Sequence record: PP601403.1
Strand: one strand, 5' to 3'
Length of the DNA: 64,000 nucleotides
The translations under genes were made by a program, and so were the position numbers. The notes beneath the pieces were generated by a model. It made no database searches, was not told where the DNA came from, and was given only the letters and a program-made list of their open reading frames with translations. Shown here one piece after another: positions 56,917-64,000 of this stretch. Each line of letters opens with the position of its first letter. The first letter of the stretch is position 1.

Positions 56917-58617
56917 ATGGATCCGCAGTTGCTAAGAAAGATCTCCAAGACCAGAGAACCGTTTACACCGGAACTGGTTGAAGGGTGGCACGAAAAAGAT
57001 TTGAACAAGAGTGTCACGTATCTTGAAAACTGTTTTAGAAATATGTTTAGATCGTTAGAAGAAAAAGGATATGTTTTCGACGGGATCGAAAAAGTTCCTC
57101 CTCTGGAGTTTTATAACGCAATCACCAAACCAGGTAACGGAACGAGTTCCGGAACAAAAGAGTTTGAAATTGCTAAGAACTCTTTTTATGGTGTGCGCGT
57201 AAAACATCACTTCAAAGACCCTGTAACAGGTGTATGTCAAGAACTCAAAGAACCTTTGATGTTCCTACCTTACACTAATCGACATGGAGATATTTATACT
57301 CGTAACTCACTGTATGGTTTACAGTACGTGTTATCAGAACGAGGTCCTTCTGTAGATGGGGGTAAAGATAAAACTATCTTTATTCGTGTAACGGGATACA
57401 AGTTCAAAGTAACCAAGGAATTACATACCTTTAACAGGGTATATAAAGCAGGTGAGAATACAATCACCAATGCAATGAATATGACACTTCCCGCAAACCG
57501 CTTTTATCAAGCGCGTAAAGATCGTCGTATTACCAACACTAAGATTCCTATTCCTTTGTTGAGTTGGTATCTGTTTGGTAAATATGGTTTCTCTCACTGT
57601 ATGGAAGAGTACGGTGAATGCGAGTATCGACTAGATACTGTTGACACTTTGCTTGAACATTATAAAGAGAAAGATGGTTGGGAGATTTATAGTAATACAG
57701 GTGCAATTCACCCAAAGGCTTTTGATAGACCAGTTGGTATGCCTTTGATGGACGATCCTGCAATTGCTATTCGTAGTAAAAATAAAGACGGACAGGTTAG
57801 TAACCTAGCACTGCAATATACTGCTGGACTGCTATACATGTTCGGAGTATTCAACCATGATCTTGATATTACCAAATTGGATGATATCAATTATTGGCGT
57901 TTAATCATTGGTCGCTGTTCTATTAAGTTAGCGCTGCGTACTGAAGATGATATTTATCTGAAACAGATGAACGAACATTTCCTGTCTGTTGAAGAGTACG
58001 CTGATGATCTTACCATTGACAAGTACAACAAGTTCGATATTGAAGTAAAGAACACGTACGACTTGCTCAATTATCTCATGTTGAATTACTCAAACCTGAT
58101 TAAGTTGTATGATCCAGCTGACATGCTCCACAAGGAACTCTCCTCTATGGAATTCCTAATGGATTACATGATCAACCAAGCTAACAACTTTAAGTTCCAA
58201 ATCAGGAATAAAGCAGTTATCATTCCAAAGATCATTAATCGCGAAATTGATACGTTCTTCCGTCTGTTTAACATAGACAAGAGTGTTCGTGATAATAATG
58301 TCTGCTTGGAACAAACCGGAACGGATAATCCGTTTATCGATTATGGATTGGGTGTGATTCTTCAAACCAAGGCTAATGTTGGAAAAGGTCCTGGTAGAAA
58401 GAAAGAAGACTTCGATCCCAATCATCCGGGATCCAAGATTCATGCGTCACAACCCTTTGTCTGTAGTTATCAATTTACAACTAAACCGAATCCAGATGGA
58501 CGAGGGCTACTACAACCACGAGTAAGATTGGTTGCTGGTAGATTCGTAGCACTCCATCCGGAGGATCGACAGTTGTATGAAGCAACGAATCATCGCCTCA
58601 AGTTTAGAGAGCGCTAA
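56917..58617 (+). CDS. rpoB: Non-virion RNA polymerase beta subunit, N-terminal half (phiKZ gp123-like)
   Basis: FLPYTNRHGDIYTRNSLYGLQYVLSERG corresponds to beta IPLMT..GTFVING.ERV. IHASQPFVC and TKPNPDGRGLL correspond to fork-loop motifs. Confidence 0.82.
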   Translation: MDPQLLRKISKTREPFTPELVEGWHEKDLNKSVTYLENCFRNMFRSLEEKGYVFDGIEKVPPLEFYNAITKPGNGTSSGTKEFEIAKNSFYGVRVKHHFKDPVTGVCQELKEPLMFLPYTNRHGDIYTRNSLYGLQYVLSERGPSVDGGKDKTIFIRVTGYKFKVTKELHTFNRVYKAGENTITNAMNMTLPANRFYQARKDRRITNTKIPIPLLSWYLFGKYGFSHCMEEYGECEYRLDTVDTLLEHYKEKDGWEIYSNTGAIHPKAFDRPVGMPLMDDPAIAIRSKNKDGQVSNLALQYTAGLLYMFGVFNHDLDITKLDDINYWRLIIGRCSIKLALRTEDDIYLKQMNEHFLSVEEYADDLTIDKYNKFDIEVKNTYDLLNYLMLNYSNLIKLYDPADMLHKELSSMEFLMDYMINQANNFKFQIRNKAVIIPKIINREIDTFFRLFNIDKSVRDNNVCLEQTGTDNPFIDYGLGVILQTKANVGKGPGRKKEDFDPNHPGSKIHASQPFVCSYQFTTKPNPDGRGLLQPRVRLVAGRFVALHPEDRQLYEATNHRLKFRER

Positions 58618-58636
58618 CGCATAAGGTGGTATTATA

Positions 58637-61048
58637 ATGAACGGCGGAACACTTCTAGGTCGTAACACCCAGATGTTTAACAACAATAACAGTAACCAAC
58701 CGCAAGGTAATCTGCAACAACCCCAAGGTAATATGAACCAAGGTAACCAGTTACTTGGTCAATTGATCCAGTTGTCAAAGGGTGGTGCTAACCTTAATCA
58801 ACAAGGTGGTGGTTCTAGTAGTCTGTATAACTTTAATAATGGTAGTGATCCGTCTTTTAACCAATTCCTTGATCTTAGCGATGCTCAAAGTAATGAAATC
58901 CTTAAGGGACAATCATTAGCTGAAGCAAGTCAACTTGCTGGTGTGGTTTTGCAACATGGATTTAGGCGTATTCAAGGTCCGTATTACAATGCCATTCGTC
59001 AAGGTATGGAACTATTCCGTAGATTGGATCGCAACTCTCCACATTTGGTTGATGATACGAGTGAGCTGTTTTATAACCAGATCATGAGTAACAACAACTT
59101 GTACAATCATATTGTCGCTAATAGCTGTTTGCAGCTTTCTGCTTTGGCCGCTATGCGACTAATGAATGGTGAGAACATTCGCGGGAACGCTAATGTAATT
59201 ACTGAAATGATTGTAGATGCCGTTGGTGCAACCTGTGGTCTCCAGCTGCTGGATTGGATTTGTAAGAATCCTAATGGTTCTACCATCTTCCATAACTCCA
59301 GTCAGAACTTTAAAGCACTCCTTCGTCGTGTAGAAGGTTGCTGGGATAGTATCAAAGCTCGATACGATTTCATCCCTGGTTCTGTAATTCCCTGGGAACG
59401 TGGACAGTTGACAGCTACCATGCGTAAAAATGATCTTCCCAATTACTTGCTTGATGCAAGAATGGGATTTAACTTTGAAGGTTTGATCGGTAACAGTTAT
59501 CAAGCTGTGCAAGATCTTACTCCTTCCCACCATACTGTTAAAGATCATAATCAGGGTATTGACCCGGCTGGTTATCAATTGATGATGGACTACTTCAATC
59601 GCACCAAGTGTTCTGTTGAAGACGGCACATACCCAACTGCCCCTAGTAAGGAAGAACGAGTTCAGCAACGTCAAGATTATCATAACGTTAATGATTTTGA
59701 CCGCGAAGTTAAATCCACCAAGTACTTTACTATGGATACTCGTTTTGATTATCACTTTGACGATTACTTCGTTCAGATTGGTGATACTGGTTGGTACGTT
59801 GCTGAGAACCAGGTCATGATCGATATCATGTCCAAGTTCACCAACGTTAACACTGGTAAGAAATTTGTTAAATCTGAAGTGTTCTATCTTAACCTTGAAT
59901 GGGTTTCACTGTGTCGTTTTGATGTAGCTAACGGAACTGCTGAAATCAAATTCTTACGTATCCCAGGAGAAGATGCATTGAGATTCGCTCTTACAGACCC
60001 GAATCGTGTTCTTCCATTTATGTGGGAACACAATGGAGAAGTTGTTTCCTCGTTTGTTGCTAATCCGGCAGAAACCAATGACTTTGTTCGTGATAATAAA
60101 GTTATTAGTCTGGGTGAAATGCAACCTCTGGAGAAAGAACCGAACATCCTGTCTTCCAGTAATGTAGTTAAAGTAAACTCTGAAAGTGAAGCTTTTGCTA
60201 AGGTAGATGCTTCTCTGAAGACTTTTGACAAGCAAAATCATCTTGATGCATTCATTATGGCAACTGAACTGAATGCACCATTTACATTTGAAGAAGGAGT
60301 TGAATCAAAGAAATTCTACGAGATGTTTAACACCTTGGTTATTGGAGAGGAATTGGATTACTCTAATAGCTATGACATGTTCAAATCTCTGGAACGTAAA
60401 GTTAAGCAGTTTGGTTCTGCTATGTTTGAACAGTTCCTACGTACTCAACTTACCAACTTGGTTAATCGTTGGTTGAATGAGTGCCGTGGGTTCCCTGCTG
60501 AAAACGATGGTGTAAACTTCTTTGTTAAACTTGATGATCTGTTTGATGATCTGGATGCTTTCTGTGAACTGCTGAAGAATAAGGATCATGAGTCACTTCG
60601 TGCTTTCCTAAATCTAGCCGATAATGAATTCCTAAAGAGTAATTTGCAATTTATCAAACCAGCAAAGGAAACTGAAGAAGAACTGTTTAAGAATGTAGAT
60701 AAAGATGATCCGGTAGCCGTAGCCGTAGCTACTAATGAGTTTGCTCAGTCGGTCGTACTCAAACGTCAAGTTATGATCACACAACTGAGAAAAGAGATCG
60801 GTCCTGTAAGTAACGATAAAGTAACTTTGATGGAATCACTTTCACCAGCAGTATTTGCTATTGTAAAAGAAGCACGTAAACGTTCAGAGTTGTTGTTTGG
60901 ACGTCAAGTTCCTGTGTTGCTGGAATTTGAAACTCCAAGTGGTAATCACACTCGTTCTGCTACGTACTGTGATTTTGATCAATCTGTTATGAACATCTCG
61001 GCACTGAAAGGTCTGGGTGAACTTATCTTACTTCGTACTGTAGATTAA
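58637..61048 (+). CDS. Large conserved hypothetical protein with a Q/N-rich N-terminus
   Basis: 803 aa, co-transcribed with RNAP beta-N. Confidence 0.7.
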   Translation: MNGGTLLGRNTQMFNNNNSNQPQGNLQQPQGNMNQGNQLLGQLIQLSKGGANLNQQGGGSSSLYNFNNGSDPSFNQFLDLSDAQSNEILKGQSLAEASQLAGVVLQHGFRRIQGPYYNAIRQGMELFRRLDRNSPHLVDDTSELFYNQIMSNNNLYNHIVANSCLQLSALAAMRLMNGENIRGNANVITEMIVDAVGATCGLQLLDWICKNPNGSTIFHNSSQNFKALLRRVEGCWDSIKARYDFIPGSVIPWERGQLTATMRKNDLPNYLLDARMGFNFEGLIGNSYQAVQDLTPSHHTVKDHNQGIDPAGYQLMMDYFNRTKCSVEDGTYPTAPSKEERVQQRQDYHNVNDFDREVKSTKYFTMDTRFDYHFDDYFVQIGDTGWYVAENQVMIDIMSKFTNVNTGKKFVKSEVFYLNLEWVSLCRFDVANGTAEIKFLRIPGEDALRFALTDPNRVLPFMWEHNGEVVSSFVANPAETNDFVRDNKVISLGEMQPLEKEPNILSSSNVVKVNSESEAFAKVDASLKTFDKQNHLDAFIMATELNAPFTFEEGVESKKFYEMFNTLVIGEELDYSNSYDMFKSLERKVKQFGSAMFEQFLRTQLTNLVNRWLNECRGFPAENDGVNFFVKLDDLFDDLDAFCELLKNKDHESLRAFLNLADNEFLKSNLQFIKPAKETEEELFKNVDKDDPVAVAVATNEFAQSVVLKRQVMITQLRKEIGPVSNDKVTLMESLSPAVFAIVKEARKRSELLFGRQVPVLLEFETPSGNHTRSATYCDFDQSVMNISALKGLGELILLRTVD

Positions 61049-61074
61049 AGAGTTATTCGCGAATAAATCTAAAG

Positions 61075-61102
61075 CCTATACCTGGATCACTCCAGGTATA
61101 GG
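61075..61102. terminator. Hairpin terminator
   Basis: cctatacctgga-tcac-tccaggtatagg. Confidence 0.75.
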
Positions 61103-61220
61103 TCTATTTCATCGTGTAATTCTTTTTAAGCAATTGTTTATGTTAATCCAACAGAATGTATGGGATACTTGTTACTATTGATTAGAAAGCGTTATATGAG
61201 CTTTGGTGTTATTTTAAGAT

Positions 61221-61254
61221 CCAAGAAATCTCAGACCTATATTACTATAGTGTA
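61221..61254 (+). promoter_or_regulatory. Putative early promoter (copy 6, TATTAC type)
   Basis: ccaagaaatctcagacctatattactatagtgta; shares a 29-nt perfect block with copy 3. Confidence 0.75.
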
Positions 61255-61317
61255 TAAACATGACAAGTGTTTATCATATTCAGATATTTTCCACAAGTCT
61301 AGATAAGGAATGTAATT

Positions 61318-61767
61318 ATGCCTATTATTAACACTTCTGCACTGAATCTGAACTCCGACATGTCCGCTCCAGCGCCTACCGTATCTACCAACACTGATAA
61401 TCTCAGTCCGAACAAATGGATCGTTGCTGGCGTAGCTATCTCCGCTGCTCTGGCTGTTAACCTGACCGAACAGGTTAAAGAAGATCGTTTTGATCTGGTG
61501 TCAAACGTTGCAACTGTAAGCGCTGCTGTGCTGGCTGGTGGTGTATCGTACAAGCTAGCCAAAGACGTTGAAGGCGTACCTACTTCACTAGTGGCCACCA
61601 TGGGTGGTTCCTTGGGGATCCTGTCATCAGTAGTTGTAGCGCCTGCTGTTAACGTTCTGGGTAACAAGGTTAAAGATCACTTCTCTACCAAGGTAGAAGA
61701 ACAACCTGTTATGATCGTTGATAACGATGCACTACAGGAATACCTGGAACAGAAAGAAGTTGCATAA
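61318..61767 (+). CDS. Early membrane protein with Gly/Ala-zipper helices (counterpart of 20297..20749)
   Basis: 149 aa with RBS AAGGA and three hydrophobic A/G/V-rich segments. Confidence 0.7.
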   Translation: MPIINTSALNLNSDMSAPAPTVSTNTDNLSPNKWIVAGVAISAALAVNLTEQVKEDRFDLVSNVATVSAAVLAGGVSYKLAKDVEGVPTSLVATMGGSLGILSSVVVAPAVNVLGNKVKDHFSTKVEEQPVMIVDNDALQEYLEQKEVA

Positions 61768-61773
61768 TAAGTT

Positions 61774-61805
61774 TTCCTACCTACCCTTAATTGGGTAGGT
61801 AGGAA
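61774..61805. terminator. Bidirectional CTACCT-family hairpin
   Basis: ttcctacctaccc-ttaatt-gggtaggtaggaa. Confidence 0.85.
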
Positions 61806-61817
61806 CTTAAGATTTTT

Positions 61818-62771
61818 TTATTCTTTATTGTCTTCAACAATCTTTTTAAGTTTACTAATTCCAGATTCAATTTGTAAAATTTGGTTATCACAATGTTTAA
61901 TCAAAGAGGTATTATTATTAGAAGCTTGAACCATGTGTTTACACAGTTTTTCAATTTCTTTTCCACGTTTGATAAAGACTTCTTCTTTATCATTCAAATA
62001 CTTCTTCGCTATTTCATTGTTATACTCAAGATCTTTGGTAACTTCAGCAAGACCTTGGGTTGCGACGTTCCGCATTTCTTGATAAAGCCCTTGGAGAGTT
62101 ACTAGCGGAGCAATAGTTTTAAAAGAACTTATGAAGGTTGCAGGGGTCTTAATATCGTTAAAAACTCTATGCTCGGATGCCACCTTATTAATCTTTTCAT
62201 AAATTTCTTTAATCTCTTTAAACTTAAAACCTGAATCTGAAACTTTAGGACCAGGGACGTTCTCAACATCAAACCATTTTAATAAAGCCTCATGCTGACC
62301 AGCTGTGTATGTGTCTTTAAACTTATAGTAATGATCAAAAGCAAGTGCAACCTCTTTGTTTTCCATGAGGTTTGTAATGCGCTCCATTTGTTTTTCAATC
62401 CTCTCCTTTGCTTCTTGAGTAAGTCCTGTAATTTCCACTGGTTTTATATTAGTTAAAAAAGTTAACTGACTCTTAGTACTTTTAACTGCATCATCAATAG
62501 TTTTAGTTTGTTTAGATCCTTTACTACCAAAGAAGAAATCTCTAATAGCTTTCAAGAAGTTCTTAATCATTTCATAAACTTTTTGAGCGCCAGCTTTCAC
62601 AGAACCCATGAAACTCTCAGAACCTTCTCTGCCTTTAAAATCTACACCGTTGAGTTTCAATACCGTCTTGGCATAAACAGAATCTGGAGAAGTAAAATCT
62701 CCATTAGAAAGAGATTCAAAACCAGTTAAAGTACTTAATACATGTTCAAGATTATCAATATTAACATTCAT
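61818..62771 (-). CDS. Internal head protein with conserved propeptide cassette, copy B
   Basis: TGFES and EGSESF sites; N-terminus nearly identical to 49899..50822. Confidence 0.7.
   Translation of the reverse strand: MNVNIDNLEHVLSTLTGFESLSNGDFTSPDSVYAKTVLKLNGVDFKGREGSESFMGSVKAGAQKVYEMIKNFLKAIRDFFFGSKGSKQTKTIDDAVKSTKSQLTFLTNIKPVEITGLTQEAKERIEKQMERITNLMENKEVALAFDHYYKFKDTYTAGQHEALLKWFDVENVPGPKVSDSGFKFKEIKEIYEKINKVASEHRVFNDIKTPATFISSFKTIAPLVTLQGLYQEMRNVATQGLAEVTKDLEYNNEIAKKYLNDKEEVFIKRGKEIEKLCKHMVQASNNNTSLIKHCDNQILQIESGISKLKKIVEDNKE
62520..62771 (-). repeat. 252-bp inverted repeat, arm B
   Basis: Reverse complement aligns without gaps to 49899..50150. Confidence 0.9.
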
Positions 62772-62813
62772 TTAATTTATTCCCTTTTAGTTAAATACAA
62801 AGCATTTATAAAG

Positions 62814-62844
62814 TTATACACCTACCTTCTTGATAGGTGTATAA
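62814..62844. terminator. Hairpin terminator
   Basis: ttatacaccta-(9 nt)-taggtgtataa. Confidence 0.6.
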
Positions 62845-62857
62845 AGATTAGTTATTT

Positions 62858-63999
62858 TTATTCTTCGTCAGGAAGTTTATCCTCGGGAACTACTTCTTCC
62901 TCATCATTTTCATTAGAGGTGTTTTCGTCTACCACGATATCAGGATCAGCTGCCGGTAATTCATCTTCAGCAAATGGATCAGTATCGTTACTGTCACCAC
63001 TTAAGAATGAATCACCTCCACCCATTGGATCTACTTGAGTTTCATCGACACCAAGGTCATTACCTTCCGGTTCATCAAACTTGGTATCTTGTTTCTCTTT
63101 CTTCTCAACGAGCTTCTTCATTTCCCTACGAGGTTTCTCTTGACCTTTGACATACTCACCAAGGAACTTAATTACGTTACATTGCAAGTTAGTAATATCA
63201 TTGACCATACTCAACATACCGCCTCCATCGCCATTATTAAGAATCATCTCAAATGGAGAAGGAATGTTAAAACGCTCAAACGCATGTTGTAACAAAGCGG
63301 CTTTAATCTGACCAAGAAGTTCATCAGGCTCAATATTAAGTTCTTCAGCTTTCTTCTCAATAAACTTAACACCACCACCCATTTCAATCCAAGCAGAAAC
63401 AAGCTTATTAATAGATTCGATCTTATCTTCGATCTTGTTAATAGTCTCGTTAATAGCAGGAGAAGGAAGTTCCACAAAGAAGTTATTGATAAAGTCAAGT
63501 AAGACCATTTCAACATCATCAATTTCCTGAGATTGTTCTTCAGGAGTAATAACTTCTACGCCATCACCTTCAACGTTCTCAGGATCCTGTTCTTCTTCTT
63601 TTTTCTTCTTACCTTTCTTAGTTCCTTCTACTTCTAACTCTTGCGCTTCTTCTTTTACTTCTTCAGAATCACGTTGAGCATGAAGGGAACCAGTTTGATC
63701 GGGTTTGGTATAAAGAGCTTTGTTCTCTTTAATAATAGTAATCAGATCAGTAAGAAGCGGTTCGTTACACCTAATATGCTTCTTCATGAAGTCAGAGAAG
63801 AACCCGCTAAACAAACGTGACCATTCGGCGGTTTGGTTGCGAAGAAGTTCCTGATCAGCAAGAGCTTCAATAGCAAAGTCATTACCTTCACCAGTGTCTT
63901 CCAACCAACTGCGTTTCAAGCAGAAGTAACCAGCAATAGTGTTAAGCAAACCTTCTTTACTAGACGGATCAATAGTCTTCAAAGGTTCGCGGCTCATCT
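62858..63999 (-). CDS. C-terminal part of a large structural protein, probably the portal (phiKZ gp129-like); likely truncated by the window end
   Basis: The frame stays open to the window edge (CAG precedes the ATG at 63997). It has a very acidic C-terminal tail. The portal call rests on synteny and tail character only. Confidence 0.45.
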   Translation of the reverse strand, partial: MSREPLKTIDPSSKEGLLNTIAGYFCLKRSWLEDTGEGNDFAIEALADQELLRNQTAEWSRLFSGFFSDFMKKHIRCNEPLLTDLITIIKENKALYTKPDQTGSLHAQRDSEEVKEEAQELEVEGTKKGKKKKEEEQDPENVEGDGVEVITPEEQSQEIDDVEMVLLDFINNFFVELPSPAINETINKIEDKIESINKLVSAWIEMGGGVKFIEKKAEELNIEPDELLGQIKAALLQHAFERFNIPSPFEMILNNGDGGGMLSMVNDITNLQCNVIKFLGEYVKGQEKPRREMKKLVEKKEKQDTKFDEPEGNDLGVDETQVDPMGGGDSFLSGDSNDTDPFAEDELPAADPDIVVDENTSNENDEEEVVPEDKLPDEE

Positions 64000-64000
64000 G

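Noticed and set aside
61030-61317. tRNA or other ncRNA in the longest intergenic gap
   Set aside because: No cloverleaf or T-loop/D-loop motifs seen; the terminator and early promoter account for most of it.
2274-62844. Repeated hairpins as a CRISPR array or insertion-sequence ends
   Set aside because: They are single, dispersed and at operon ends, with no regular spacers, transposase or target duplications.
1-64000. Stop-codon reassignment (alternative genetic code)
   Set aside because: Core genes are full-length under the standard code, and TAA, TAG and TGA all terminate genes.

Overview
This 64-kb window comes from an AT-rich, phiKZ-like jumbo myophage (nucleus-forming Chimalliviridae type). 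The conserved core is in roughly phiKZ order: split non-virion RNA polymerase beta and beta' subunits, an SF2 helicase, virion RNAP beta', the exonuclease-containing half of a split family-B DNA polymerase, a long head/inner-body/baseplate block, DnaB, the major capsid protein, RNAP beta N-terminal half, and a probable portal C-terminus. phiKZ gp numbers below come from synteny and motif recognition, not from database searches. Four things stand out. (1) An HNH endonuclease has inserted about 33 codons into the RNAP beta gene and carries its own synonymously recoded replacement gene start, with no intron or intein. (2) An unannotated -1 frameshift signal (T TTT TTC at 19049) would fuse a 544-aa gene to a downstream ORF lacking a ribosome-binding site, as in tail-chaperone G/GT pairs. 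(3) A ~91%-identical 84-codon capsid-propeptide cassette occurs as an inverted repeat on two head-protein genes with divergent C-terminal halves. (4) An early-promoter-driven cluster of unknown proteins shares a C-terminal L(S/T)(P/A)EQ module. Also present: a class 3 mini-intein in the helicase P-loop, two more free-standing HNH genes (one apparently catalytically degenerate), a 34-bp promoter motif in six copies, and a family of about 19 conserved intergenic hairpins. I recognised no tRNA, rRNA or CRISPR array.
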